This document shows, in pieces, positions 29,829-40,605 of a stretch of DNA of 64,000 nucleotides (positions within the stretch are counted from its first letter, which is position 1; each line of letters begins with the position of its first letter). The notes under the pieces were generated by a model that worked only from the letters and a program-made list of their open reading frames with translations, ran no database searches and was not told where the DNA came from. The position numbers and the translations under genes are program-made. Origin of the DNA: an uncultured Nitrososphaerota archaeon (GTDB taxonomy: Archaea; Thermoproteota; Nitrososphaeria; Nitrososphaerales; CADDZS01); assembly GCA_963799845.1 (NCBI GenBank), contig CAWCYI010000006.1, positions 160,001-224,000 on the forward strand, written 5' to 3'.

Positions 29829-30860
29829 TCATTGACCGAGTGCTTGCGCATTCAATGCATCCTGGAGGGAGATTAATTCAGCGCCCTGCCAGACCTGGAA
29901 TAAAACATCGGGCGGCTGTATTGTCTCGGTTACACCGATGATTGGAATCTCGTGTTGAGCGGCCAGTGACTTGATGCTCTGCGTTAACGGAGTGACAGTC
30001 TGCTCATTGTAGACAAGTACATGCACGCTGCTATTTCCTTCGTCCATAAGATTCTGCATGGTGGCGACATCCTGCGCCGAGGGGTCGTTTCCTTCAGCAA
30101 CAGCCTCCATGAAACCCGGCGGCGAAACAACATTCAGGCCCGTGGCGTTTGCCATGTAGACGAAAATGCTCTCGGTAGACGCAACTGGCGCGTTGGCATA
30201 CTCCTGCTTGATCTCGACTTCTCGGCTCATATAGGATGACCAAAGAGACGCGTTCAGTGTGACATACTGTTGATGGAAGTAAGCCGTGTCGGCAGGGTCG
30301 ATGCTGACCAGATCATTGTACATCGCATGCACTGTGTAATTTACATAATAGGGACTGTACCAAAAATGAGGATTCACACACCCCTTGCTCGACGTCTGCG
30401 AGGCTTCGGCACAACCAGGATTGACGGTCGAATTTAGGAGTTGTTGCACATTCAAGACTTTTTGATTCGGTGTATTGCTAGCAGAAATAAGCTGGAGAGC
30501 CCAAGTATCGTACCCGGCGCCGTTAACTATGACGAAACTGGCGTTGGCGACTGCCTGCGCATCTGCGCTGTTGCTTTCGTATTCATGCGGGTCAGCGTTA
30601 GGATCAGAGACTATGCTCACCACACTGACGTGATTCCCGCCGAGTTGGGAAATCAAGCTTCCCCAGAAATTCTCTGCAGCCACGACCTGGATCACTTTAG
30701 TTGAGCCAGAGCTTATGGTTGAACTTGTAGTAGTTGAACTCGTCGTTGAGCTTCCATTAAGATATAATCCTGCGAATATCGCAACAGCCAGAACTAAAAC
30801 CACTATCACTGCGACAACAACGAGCGTATTTCTTTTCATGTGTTCTACATACTTTCCCAA
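29829..30860 (-). CDS. Metal ABC transporter substrate-binding protein (ZnuA-like)
   Basis: N-terminal TM; DPHEY, NG.GYD and NPHFW motifs. Confidence 0.92.
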   Translation of the reverse strand: MGKYVEHMKRNTLVVVAVIVVLVLAVAIFAGLYLNGSSTTSSTTTSSTISSGSTKVIQVVAAENFWGSLISQLGGNHVSVVSIVSDPNADPHEYESNSADAQAVANASFVIVNGAGYDTWALQLISASNTPNQKVLNVQQLLNSTVNPGCAEASQTSSKGCVNPHFWYSPYYVNYTVHAMYNDLVSIDPADTAYFHQQYVTLNASLWSSYMSREVEIKQEYANAPVASTESIFVYMANATGLNVVSPPGFMEAVAEGNDPSAQDVATMQNLMDEGNSSVHVLVYNEQTVTPLTQSIKSLAAQHEIPIIGVTETIQPPDVLFQVWQGAELISLQDALNAQALGQ

Positions 30861-31471
30861 ATAAGGTATTTTGGATTGTTCATCGTCATTTAATAAAGAT
30901 TATGAGATAATTATGAATTACCACACTCTTGCTTCTCATTTCTTATTAAAGCTGGACAATGAAAATTATAACTCACTACAACTAGCGGTTCCCGCATACG
31001 ACCTAGGTGGATAATCGATAATCAGCATTTGACTTTCATTCGTCATTTCAAAATTCGACCTAGAATCAGGAGATCGTGCAGAGCCATTGTATAGTAGGGG
31101 CCCCCTAGTGGAGCTTCGCATCCGCGCGCATGTACTTCGCAGATTTGTATTCTAGGAGCTCGTTTCAAGCTCTTCGGCCAGATTCTAATGCTATAGTAAA
31201 TAACGGAGCAGCTTTCAACATTCTGCAGCGAAGTCGTTATAATCACGCCTAAAATCAGGTAGTTTTGTACTCTCAGACCTGAATCGACAACAGCGAAGAA
31301 CCCGCTGTAATCTCATCCTTTGTGAATCTGTTCGATATCCTGCTCGAACCGTAAGATGGATTAGGATAAATAACGTTCCAGCGATGTTATCGAAAGCAGG
31401 CGCAGTGATAGTAGCTGCCGATTGTTTATTCGACTTTTCGTTTCACGACAATTTGGTGAGGGGTTAAGATA

Positions 31472-31954
31472 TTGTTCAATCAGGGAGGGGGAGACTTCAG
31501 AAGGAGAATCTACGCAATAGCTCAAAAATTCAGGGACGCAGGAGCAACTAGCCCGGAACGCGCGATGACTGCTCAGGAGCTGGGACTGCCACCGAGGTTC
31601 GAGGAAGCGATGAAAAGACGGTTAGGACAGACCGGAATATTCGTAGAGGTGAACGGAAAGTACTACCTGAATGAAGCGAGATTAGAGCAGATGGGACGCG
31701 GAGGTACTCGCTACGGAGGAAGAATGCAGGGACGAGGAAATGTCCGAAGCAATATGCTCACTCTTAGAATGATTAGGCTGACAATCGGAATTGTAACTTT
31801 GCTTTTGATAATCGCGAACATTTTCTACTTAAGGAATCCAGAAGTTTGGATAGCTGTCGGAGTGTTGCTCGTCATTACGATCGCGATATCAATTGCGCAA
31901 ATTTACTATCTTTCAAGAGCGAGAAGAATGAGGAATTTCGGCACGATGCCTTAG
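31472..31954 (+). CDS. Hypothetical membrane protein
   Basis: Soluble N-terminus, G/R-rich linker and two C-terminal TM helices. Confidence 0.6.
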   Translation: MFNQGGGDFRRRIYAIAQKFRDAGATSPERAMTAQELGLPPRFEEAMKRRLGQTGIFVEVNGKYYLNEARLEQMGRGGTRYGGRMQGRGNVRSNMLTLRMIRLTIGIVTLLLIIANIFYLRNPEVWIAVGVLLVITIAISIAQIYYLSRARRMRNFGTMP

Positions 31955-32001
31955 TCCGCTCGGTTGTTATTCCCTGAGGATCAACATAAGCGGCTCGGAA
32001 C

Positions 32002-33411
32002 TCAATCCAGCGATTCTGCTAGAATGGTATGTAATAGTCTCTCGGATTCGGCTAGATCGGCGTCTTTCAGGAGAGCCATCTTGCTCGCCTCAATCGATCC
32101 TTCTGCGTGCAGCATGAGGGTCAGCATGTATCCGGTGTGGCTGCTCGCGCCGAGTTCCTTCGCTATTCTGATTGAATAGATCCTATCTCTGCCAGAACCG
32201 GTGCCAGCCAAGTACTTCGAGATGTATTTTTCTTCAAGAGGCTCTTTCTGGTCTTCGAGCGAGGGAAGCGTCGAGATAATCCCTCCCGAGATATCGACGA
32301 GGCCGTCAAGAATGTTCGAAAAATTCTTGTTGGAGTAGAGCTTCCCGATGTTGGTGTAGAGCGGGTTCGGAATCGCGATCCCATCCTTCATGAGCGGAAG
32401 ATTCGCGGCGGTGATCGCGCTCATCCTCATCAACTCCTTGTACATGACCATCTCAGAGAGACGGTCTTTCACGTGAGGGGACTCAAGGATTCCATTCTGC
32501 CTAGCCATGGAAAGTGCGGAACCCAGGTATAGATTCGATGTTGCGGACCTGTATGACACCGCAGTAAATCTGTGGAATGTCGCAAAAGTAACCGCCAGAG
32601 GTCCCGCCATTTCGTACTCCCTGCACTGGAAGACCCTCTCCCACGGAACAAATACGTGATCGAAAATAGTGAGCGTCTCGAGTTCGTAGTCCTGTTTGCT
32701 GATCATCGCTGAAGTGTTTCCCTCGAGTTCCTCGATGGGTCTAACGATCATCTTCAATCCCTTTGTCGAGGAGGGGACCGCGAACGCCACTGCAAAGTCT
32801 GCGTCTTTTTCGACCATCGCCCTTGTGGGGATTACAATTATTTCGTCCGACACGGCGGCCTGCGTCGTGTGAGCCTTTGCACCGTTGACGACGATACCGT
32901 CTTTTTCGACTGATGTAACGTGGACATACATATCAGGATCGGTCTGTTCGTGCGGTCTCTTCTTTCGATCCCCCTTCACGTCCGTCTGAGCAACGGCCAG
33001 AGTCAGATCTTTCTTTGCAACGGACTCGTGATATTTTTTCACCCGAAGGAAGTAATCCTTGGGATGCTTGGCGTCGGTTTCACCGGAAATCAAGTGAAGG
33101 GCAAAAATTGCATCGCTTCCGATCGCCTGAGAGATGTTGAAAATCCCGCTGCAAGCCATCGTTGTGTCGTAGATCAATCGATGCCTCGAAACAAGATCGC
33201 TCGACGAGCGAGGTGTTACAAAATAACTACTGATCTCGCCGAGGGTTTCATCATGAACTGCTCTTTTCAATCCAAAAAGCTTGGAAGCATGCAACGCCGC
33301 AATCCTGAGTACCGGATGCCCAGCAATATCATCGACTTTCTTTCCCCTGTAATAGACTTCTCTCCCGTCCGAGAGCGAAGACAGGTACTGTCCCTTCGTT
33401 CGCATGCGCAT
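32002..33411 (-). CDS. HpaB/4-hydroxybutyryl-CoA dehydratase family protein lacking Fe-S cysteines
   Basis: AQTDVKGDR, DPDMY, GAKAH and FDHVFVPWERVF motifs; no CFQRC. Confidence 0.85.
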   Translation of the reverse strand: MRMRTKGQYLSSLSDGREVYYRGKKVDDIAGHPVLRIAALHASKLFGLKRAVHDETLGEISSYFVTPRSSSDLVSRHRLIYDTTMACSGIFNISQAIGSDAIFALHLISGETDAKHPKDYFLRVKKYHESVAKKDLTLAVAQTDVKGDRKKRPHEQTDPDMYVHVTSVEKDGIVVNGAKAHTTQAAVSDEIIVIPTRAMVEKDADFAVAFAVPSSTKGLKMIVRPIEELEGNTSAMISKQDYELETLTIFDHVFVPWERVFQCREYEMAGPLAVTFATFHRFTAVSYRSATSNLYLGSALSMARQNGILESPHVKDRLSEMVMYKELMRMSAITAANLPLMKDGIAIPNPLYTNIGKLYSNKNFSNILDGLVDISGGIISTLPSLEDQKEPLEEKYISKYLAGTGSGRDRIYSIRIAKELGASSHTGYMLTLMLHAEGSIEASKMALLKDADLAESERLLHTILAESLD

Positions 33412-33555
33412 CGCTAGTTACCGAGCTTATTTAGTAAATTGGCAAGCTTGTCTGTGGTTCCTCGAAGGAGTTTTTCGCTTGATTCAAAGAAGATTTTTTA
33501 TTTCTTGGCGATCAGAGGGTTTCAGCCGAATTCTGATTCGTTCTGACGTGATTAT

Positions 33556-35205
33556 TTGAATCCCTCCGAAACTGCATTAACTCCAATTGATTTTCTGGAC
33601 AGAGGCAATAGAATATTCCCTAGCAGAACCGCGATTGAAGACCTCGATAACGAGAACACCTTCGACTATTCACAGTTTATTCAAAGGATTGGCTCGCTCG
33701 CTAAAGCGATCAAGGGATTGGGAACAAAGAAAGGGGACAAAATCGCTTTCCTGTCGTTGAATTCAACTGCTCTGCTCGAAGCTCACTTCGCCGTCCCACT
33801 AGCTCAGCGCGTTCTCGTAGCGATGAACTATCGGTTGACCGCGAAAGAAATTTCTTACATCATAAGGCACTCAAGATCCAAGATCTTGTTTTTCGATTCG
33901 AGATTATCGAAACTAGTCTCAGAAATAGAGGGAAAATTGAGACGGGATTCCACTTTCAAACTGATACTGATAGGAGATAGACCAGATAAAATCGGAACCG
34001 ACGGTTCCTACGAAGATTTTGTCAAAGATGTAAAGAAAAATAATCTTCTAAAAGAATTCAAATTGACGACGGAACGGTCTCCCATTTCCATAGATTATAC
34101 CTCAGGCACTACCGGAGTACCCAAAGGCGTTCTCTACTCACATCGCGGAGCTTATCTGAACGCGATTGCGGACATTACTCACAGCGGTTTGAACGACGAT
34201 TCCTCGTACCTCTGGACGTTGCCGATGTTTCACTGCAACGGGTGGTGCTACACTTGGGCTACGATCGGGGCGGGGGCAACAAATGTGATAATCTCGAAGA
34301 TCGAACCAGAAAGGATCTGGCGGATAATCCAGGATTATTCCATAACGCATTTGTGCGCGGCCCCGACGGTTCTCGTAAGCCTTGCATCAGTTTCAGAAGC
34401 GATCAAGAAAAACATCAAACTGGATAGAAGGTTGATCATCCTCACCGGCGGCGCCCCTCCAGCTCCCAAAGTTATTGAGAATATTGAAAATCTGGGTGCG
34501 GAAGTAATCCATCTTTATGGATTGACGGAAACATACGGACCAAACACCCTTTGTCTTTGGAGATCAGATTGGAATCGTCTTTCACCCGAGGAGAGGAGCT
34601 CAATAAAGGCCCGCCAGGGTGTCCCGCACGTAAATGCACATAGTACCCTCGTAGTTGACGAGGAAATGAACGAAGTCCCACCCGACGGCAAAACGATCGG
34701 AGAAGTTGTGATGAGGGGAAATACGGTTATGCTGGGGTATTATCGGGACGTCAAAGCCACCCGAGAGGCATTTAGGGGTGGCATGTTTCACAGCGGCGAC
34801 CTTGCGGTTGTGCACGCGGATGGTTACATCGAGCTTGTCGACCGGAAAAAAGACCTGATAATTTCCGGAGGTGAAAAGATCTCCAGTATCGAGGTCGAAG
34901 CCATCTTGTACAAGCACCCTTCGGTTCTAGAGGCTGCGGTGATCGCAGTTCCTGATCAAAAATGGGGGGAAGTTCCAAAGGCCTTTGTTTCTTTGAAGGA
35001 AGGCAGCACTGCAAGTGAAGCCGAGCTGACAGAATTTTGCAGAAGAAATCTCGCACATTTCAAATGTCCCAAATCTTTCGAGTTCGGCGCTCTTCCTAGA
35101 ACTTCGACCGGCAAGGTCATGAAATATGCTCTGCGCGAAAAAGAGTGGGCGGCCAGGACAAACGAATTCATTAAGGCAGATCTCAATAAGGGTCGAGTGA
35201 TTTGA
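33556..35205 (+). CDS. Acyl-CoA synthetase (AMP-forming, fatty-acid type)
   Basis: YTSGTTGVPKG, PMFHCNGW, YGLTET, HSGD and ISGGE motifs. Confidence 0.92.
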   Translation: MNPSETALTPIDFLDRGNRIFPSRTAIEDLDNENTFDYSQFIQRIGSLAKAIKGLGTKKGDKIAFLSLNSTALLEAHFAVPLAQRVLVAMNYRLTAKEISYIIRHSRSKILFFDSRLSKLVSEIEGKLRRDSTFKLILIGDRPDKIGTDGSYEDFVKDVKKNNLLKEFKLTTERSPISIDYTSGTTGVPKGVLYSHRGAYLNAIADITHSGLNDDSSYLWTLPMFHCNGWCYTWATIGAGATNVIISKIEPERIWRIIQDYSITHLCAAPTVLVSLASVSEAIKKNIKLDRRLIILTGGAPPAPKVIENIENLGAEVIHLYGLTETYGPNTLCLWRSDWNRLSPEERSSIKARQGVPHVNAHSTLVVDEEMNEVPPDGKTIGEVVMRGNTVMLGYYRDVKATREAFRGGMFHSGDLAVVHADGYIELVDRKKDLIISGGEKISSIEVEAILYKHPSVLEAAVIAVPDQKWGEVPKAFVSLKEGSTASEAELTEFCRRNLAHFKCPKSFEFGALPRTSTGKVMKYALREKEWAARTNEFIKADLNKGRVI

Positions 35206-36845
35206 TTAGCATCAGCAAAATTGCGGAGGCTCTGGGAGTAGATCCGGGACAGATCAACCCGTACGGAAAATGGAAGGCAAAGATAGGCCTCGATGCCGTT
35301 TACAACGATGAGGGAAAACGCGGCAAGTTGGTTCTAGTGACGGCTATCAATCCCACACCATCCGGTGAGGGAAAGACCGTAACGGCGATCGGCATTTCGA
35401 TGGCTCTAAACCTGTTAGGGCGAAGGTCGGTGGTTTGCATCAGACAACCTTCCCTGGGTCCGGTATTCGGTGTAAAGGGCGGAGCCGCGGGCGGTGGCAA
35501 ATCGACCGTCGAACCAATGCAGGAAATTAATCTCAGGCTGACTGGGGATATAGATGCCGTCGGGGCGGCTCACAATCTTCTAGCGGCGATGACCGACAAT
35601 CACATCTTCCAGGGAAATGAACTGAGGTTTGATATCCATTCGATAAACTTGCAAAGAGTTGTAGACATGAACGACAGGGCCCTGAGAAAGATAGTTGTCG
35701 GCCTCGGAGGGAAGGGCGACGGAATTCCCCGCGAAGCTGGATTCGTCATCACTGCAGCATCCGAGGTCATGGCGATATTATGTCTGTCCCGAGGATATTC
35801 TGACCTGAAGCGAAGATTGGGCCGGATCACAGTAGGGTACAGCGAAGAAAATCTTCCGATTACCGCGGATGACCTAAAGTCAACGGGAGCTATGGCCGCC
35901 ATTTTGAAGGAAGCGATGCAACCCAACCTGGTTCAGACCGCCGAGGGAACTCCTGCCCTCATCCACGGTGGCCCGTTCGGAAACATCGCTCTCGGCACTT
36001 GCAGTCTCTCTTCGATAATCTTTGGACTGAATCATTCTGAATTTACCGTCGTCGAGGCAGGTTTCGGGAGTGATTTGGGCGGCGAGAAGTTCTTCGATAT
36101 CGTTTCGAGGGTCGGAGGCTTCAACGTTGATTGCGCAGTGATCGTTGCCTCTGTGAAAGCCCTAGAACATCACGGCGGGTATAAACCGGAAAAAGGGGAA
36201 GGTGAGTCTGCCGAAAATTTGCGAATGGGTGCCTTCCAAAGAGGACTGGAAAATCTGACGAAACACATCGAGAATGTTCAAATGTTCGGCGTTCAGCCTA
36301 TAGTCTGCATCAATAGATTCCCATCCGACACCGAAGACGAGATCCGACTCGTTGAAACATTTTGTAAAAGCCTGGGGGTCGAGTGCTCGTTATCTACAAC
36401 TTTTCAAAACGGCGGTGAAGGTTGCACAGACCTTGCAGGGAAAGTAATCGAGGCAAGCGAAAGAGGATTCAAAGGCGTCCCGATATACTCGTTTGAAGAG
36501 AGCATCGAGTCAAAGATAGGAAAAATCGTTACCAAAGTCTACGGCGGTGATGCGGTTGAATTTGAACCAGATGCCAGGAAGTCAATTGGACTAATTCAAA
36601 AACTTGGTTTCGCAGATCTTCCGATCTGCGTAGCGAAGACTCCCCTGTCGCTCTCTGACGATCCGAAAAAAATTGGACGCCCCAAGGGCTTTACCTGCAC
36701 AGTGAAGAAACTGGAAATCGCGGCCGGCGCAGGTTATCTTATCGCCCACATGGGAGACATTGTTTCAATGCCTGGCCTTCCCGTACGGCCCGCCGCTGAA
36801 AATATTCAACTTGATGACTGTGGAAATATTTCAGGTCTTTTCTGA
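35202..36845 (+). CDS. fhs: Formate--tetrahydrofolate ligase
   Basis: TAINPTP.GEGKT, KGGAAGGG, HGGPF.NI, EAGFG.DLG.EKF and MPGLP motifs. Confidence 0.96.
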   Translation: MISISKIAEALGVDPGQINPYGKWKAKIGLDAVYNDEGKRGKLVLVTAINPTPSGEGKTVTAIGISMALNLLGRRSVVCIRQPSLGPVFGVKGGAAGGGKSTVEPMQEINLRLTGDIDAVGAAHNLLAAMTDNHIFQGNELRFDIHSINLQRVVDMNDRALRKIVVGLGGKGDGIPREAGFVITAASEVMAILCLSRGYSDLKRRLGRITVGYSEENLPITADDLKSTGAMAAILKEAMQPNLVQTAEGTPALIHGGPFGNIALGTCSLSSIIFGLNHSEFTVVEAGFGSDLGGEKFFDIVSRVGGFNVDCAVIVASVKALEHHGGYKPEKGEGESAENLRMGAFQRGLENLTKHIENVQMFGVQPIVCINRFPSDTEDEIRLVETFCKSLGVECSLSTTFQNGGEGCTDLAGKVIEASERGFKGVPIYSFEESIESKIGKIVTKVYGGDAVEFEPDARKSIGLIQKLGFADLPICVAKTPLSLSDDPKKIGRPKGFTCTVKKLEIAAGAGYLIAHMGDIVSMPGLPVRPAAENIQLDDCGNISGLF

Positions 36846-36950
36846 AACTGAGTCATTTTCTTAGAACCGATGCTGTATATCATTTACAAAGCTTGACAAT
36901 GGTTCTTTCTAAGGATGGGTATAACACAAATCCTTGGAACTGGAATAATC

Positions 36951-37304
36951 ATGCCTGCAAAGAACGTATGATCTTACATCCAAGAAATTTCTGATCCAAA
37001 TTTGCGTCGTCTGGCGAAGAAAGTTCGCTCTATCATCAGAAAATCGATCCCCGATGCGGTTGAATCCCTGAAAATGGGCTCCCCCTGCTATTCAGTGAAT
37101 GGACAGATGGTCGCTTTAATCGGAGATTACAAGAAACACATCAATCTCTACTTTTTCCAAGGAGCCAGACTTTCATCTGAGCGGCTCGAGGGCACGGGAA
37201 AGGGGATGCGCCACATCAAGGTTGCGGTGGAATCGGACATCAATCCTGAGGAATTTTCCCGGCTGTTAAAGGAAGCTGCAAAAAATGCTGAGAAAGTGAA
37301 ATGA
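36951..37304 (+). CDS. DUF1801/YdhG-like protein, 5' end disrupted
   Basis: 'HINLYFFQGA.L....LEGTGKGMRHIK'; natural start MPAKNV at 36951 is followed by a stop or indel. Confidence 0.7.
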
Positions 37305-37328
37305 GCCGACTGATTTAATTTCAACAGG

Positions 37329-39299
37329 CTAAGTCTTTTCTTCAGAGGCCTTCATTTCGAGTTCGAGTTCGTCGTACGCTCTCTTGGCTTCTTCAACGCT
37401 CGTTTCATCCTCAAGTGTGGTAACGTCCCCGATCGGTTTTTCCGAAGCTACAGCCCCGACTACTCTTCGCATGATCTTTCCGCTTCTCGTCTTTGGAAGT
37501 TTTTCAACAAAATAGATTGCGTCGGGAACTGCGATGGGACCTATAGTTTTTCGGATGTGGTTCATCAGTTCTGTGCGAAGCCGGTGCGATGGCTTGTGAC
37601 CTGGCCTCAATACTACGAAGGCGACTGGAACTTGCATCTTGATTGGATCTGCTCTTCCGATGACAGCAGATTCCGCCACGGCACCGTGCGAAATTAGAGC
37701 GTTTTCCAATTCAATCGTACCTATTCTGTGCCCTGCGACCTTCAGTACCTCGTCTGCCCTGCCGAGCAACCAGAAATAGCCATCCCTGTCCTTCACGGCA
37801 TAGTCTCCGGGATAGTAGCATCCAGGGTACTTCGAAAAATAGACGCTGGAAAATCTCTCGGAATCGTTCCAGAGGGTCATGAACTGACCGGGCCAAGGTC
37901 TCCTGATAACGAGGTAGCCTTTCTCCATCGGCTTGGCCTTCTCGCCGTCTTCCGTGAGAACGTCGGCCTCGACTCCTGGAAGCGGGAATGTTGCGGAGCC
38001 GCGCTTCAAAGGAACGAGAGCCAGTCCGGGTTGCGGACTGATCATGATACCTCCAGTCTCGGTCTGCCACCACGTGTCAACGATGGGAGTTCGCTTTCGA
38101 CCAATGTTCGAATAGTACCAGTTCCATGCTTCAGGATTTATCGGTTCGCCGACGCTGCCCAGCAACCGCAGAGAGGAAAGATCATGTTTCTTTGCCCACT
38201 CCTCTCCCAACTTCATGTGTGATCTGATCGCGGTTGGTGAAGTGTATAGTATCGTTACGCCGTACTTTTCGATGATCTTCCACCATCTGTCCGGAGACGG
38301 AAAATCAGGAGCACCCTCGTACAGAACAGAAGTGATTCCCGTTAAAAGAGGCCCGTAGACGATGTACGTATGGCCCGTGACCCACCCAATGTCGGCAGCG
38401 CACCAGTAAACATCCTCATCTCGTACACCAAAAACTGCATTTTGAGTAAAATATGTCCAGAGCATGTAGCCACCTGTACTGTGAGTAGCCCCCTTTGGTT
38501 TCCCAGTTGTGCCTGAGGTGTAAAGAATGTAACTTGGATGGGTTCCTTCCACCATTTCCGACTCTGCCCTAACTTTCTGAGAGTCGTCCATCTTCTGCAT
38601 CAACTCATGGTACCAAGAGTCTCTTTCCTTTTGCATGTGAACAGGATTTCCGACCCTCTTGACTACAATCACTCTCTCGACTGGTGTAGTCTTGCTCAAA
38701 GCGTCGTCGACTACTGACTTTAGATCGATGGTTTTTCCGCGTCTGAACGCTCCATCAGAGGTTATCACAATCTTGCTACTAGAATCCTCAATCCTATCTG
38801 CTACGGCTTGCGAAGTAAAGCCAGCGAAAATTACAGAATGAATCGCCCCCAGTCGAAGCACCGCCAGCATCGCGACCGGCAGTTCAGGAATCATCGGGAG
38901 ATAGATCGTTACCCTGTCTCCCTTCTTTATTCCTGATTCCTTTAGCACCTCCGCGAACTTACATACCTCTCTGAATAACTGAGCGTAAGATATCGCTCTT
39001 TCCGATCCGTCCTCTGCTTCCCAATAATACGCGATCTTGTTTTTCCGTGAGGAGATTATGTGGCGATCCAGCGCATTGTAACAGATATTGGTCTTCCAGC
39101 CTGGAAACCATTTCCCGAAAGGCGGGGTCTGAGTTTTTTCAAAAATGGGTCCATTTTTCTCACTCCAAAAAAGATCATCCGCAATTTTCCTCCAGTATCC
39201 TTCGACCTCGTCTAGACTTTTTTCGCGAATCTGGCGAAGAATCTCTACTCCTGGATCGACTACCGATTCTGTGGGGAGAATTTCGCCGAGTTCAGACAT
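37329..39299 (-). CDS. acs: Acetyl-CoA synthetase
   Basis: YTSGTTGKPKG, DIGWVTGH, GEPINPEAW, DTWWQTETG and PKTRSGKIMRR motifs. Confidence 0.96.
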   Translation of the reverse strand: MSELGEILPTESVVDPGVEILRQIREKSLDEVEGYWRKIADDLFWSEKNGPIFEKTQTPPFGKWFPGWKTNICYNALDRHIISSRKNKIAYYWEAEDGSERAISYAQLFREVCKFAEVLKESGIKKGDRVTIYLPMIPELPVAMLAVLRLGAIHSVIFAGFTSQAVADRIEDSSSKIVITSDGAFRRGKTIDLKSVVDDALSKTTPVERVIVVKRVGNPVHMQKERDSWYHELMQKMDDSQKVRAESEMVEGTHPSYILYTSGTTGKPKGATHSTGGYMLWTYFTQNAVFGVRDEDVYWCAADIGWVTGHTYIVYGPLLTGITSVLYEGAPDFPSPDRWWKIIEKYGVTILYTSPTAIRSHMKLGEEWAKKHDLSSLRLLGSVGEPINPEAWNWYYSNIGRKRTPIVDTWWQTETGGIMISPQPGLALVPLKRGSATFPLPGVEADVLTEDGEKAKPMEKGYLVIRRPWPGQFMTLWNDSERFSSVYFSKYPGCYYPGDYAVKDRDGYFWLLGRADEVLKVAGHRIGTIELENALISHGAVAESAVIGRADPIKMQVPVAFVVLRPGHKPSHRLRTELMNHIRKTIGPIAVPDAIYFVEKLPKTRSGKIMRRVVGAVASEKPIGDVTTLEDETSVEEAKRAYDELELEMKASEEKT

Positions 39300-39329
39300 T
39301 CTTACGGAGACCTGCCCGAAAAGTTACAT

Positions 39330-40439
39330 TTAGCCTGAAGTAGACTTGGTAGAAACTAGCTTGCCTTTTTCGACGACAGACGTAGATCCAATCTTAAGAG
39401 TTGCATTCTTGACGATTCCAGTAAAGCCGAAACCCGAGATTCCGATCGACCCCGCCACGAAACGATCCTGAGCATATCCATAGGTGATCAGCGGATTCAA
39501 ACCGACCGTAATCATAGAAAGAACCCTCTTCTCCGGGGATAAGTTTCCAATAATCGAATCTAGTTTTTGCTGGGTCGATTTATTTTCCGAAGCCCAGTGT
39601 ACAAGCCTGCCATTTTCGAATTCTAGAGCGCTCTCTCCGACAAGGCCCAACCGAGTTATAGCGCCAGAGATCTTGACACTTCCAGAGGCTGAGGTCGGAT
39701 CGACCTCTTTCCAGATCATGCCGGGAAGAATGTAAGAGATGTTGTTTTTTGCTGCTACATCTGCGGCATCGGCGACGCCATCCTCGATTCCGGTATCGCC
39801 CTTCAATTTGAATGTCAGGGAATCGCCACCCGCTTCCAATTTCGCTTCTGCCCCATCAGTAAGCAATGCCAGAATCGGTCTGCCGGAATTGCGAATCGTC
39901 TCAGAGTCTACAAGTGAGGCTTTTAGCTGTCTGCGGACTATCTCGTCCCGTTTTTTTCCGAGAAGCTTCGCGACATCTTGTCCGACATACCCAAAGGTTA
40001 ATCGAACTCCGCGAACTCCTGCCTTTTCAGCGGCCTCGTACCAGGAAGAGTTGTAAGAAGTAGCTGCAGAACCTTCTTCTTTCGGAACCATTGGAATGTA
40101 GACCCCTAACGGGGGACCGGGAATGAATACGTATGCATCGGTCGATGATAGAAGGTTATACTCGTGTTTTCCCATCTTTCCTAGGGATTCTTTTGGCGTG
40201 GTCTTCAAGGCCGAAACGTATGCCTCCTCATCTTCCAAGAGCAGAATTGGCAAGGCCCCTACCTTACGAGCCTCTTTCACAACTTCCTTGGCAAATCCCA
40301 GTCCGTTATTCCATGTTTCGACGGTCACCGAATCGCCCTGGTTCAAGTGAATTGAATCGGAAACTATCTTCTTGGCCAATTGTGAATAAAGAGCAGCGTT
40401 CGAGGAAGCTTTGGACTTTGCATTTCTTGTAGAACTCAT
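39330..40439 (-). CDS. Aminopeptidase M29-like protein with degenerate metal site
   Basis: N-terminal layout plus 'LEFENGR' and 'VGLNP' resemble M29; canonical Glu/His ligands not seen. Confidence 0.55.
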   Translation of the reverse strand: MSSTRNAKSKASSNAALYSQLAKKIVSDSIHLNQGDSVTVETWNNGLGFAKEVVKEARKVGALPILLLEDEEAYVSALKTTPKESLGKMGKHEYNLLSSTDAYVFIPGPPLGVYIPMVPKEEGSAATSYNSSWYEAAEKAGVRGVRLTFGYVGQDVAKLLGKKRDEIVRRQLKASLVDSETIRNSGRPILALLTDGAEAKLEAGGDSLTFKLKGDTGIEDGVADAADVAAKNNISYILPGMIWKEVDPTSASGSVKISGAITRLGLVGESALEFENGRLVHWASENKSTQQKLDSIIGNLSPEKRVLSMITVGLNPLITYGYAQDRFVAGSIGISGFGFTGIVKNATLKIGSTSVVEKGKLVSTKSTSG

Positions 40440-40605
40440 AGGTATACGGAGAATCCGAGCCCATCTTCGATTAAAAAGTTAGATGCCCTCGCAGGAATCG
40501 AAGCTTGGATCTCAAACATATCTTCCACGAATGCATTTTTATGGGTGTAGATAGCCCAGTTCGTAACTCTTCTTTTCTGTATATTTTGATAGGTGCCCGA
40601 ATCAA

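Noticed and set aside
31095-31108. Perfect palindrome tagggggcccccta
   Set aside because: Single occurrence with no partner or gene context
32002-33411. Marker for the autotrophic 3-hydroxypropionate/4-hydroxybutyrate cycle
   Set aside because: The Fe-S-binding cysteines of true 4-hydroxybutyryl-CoA dehydratase are missing
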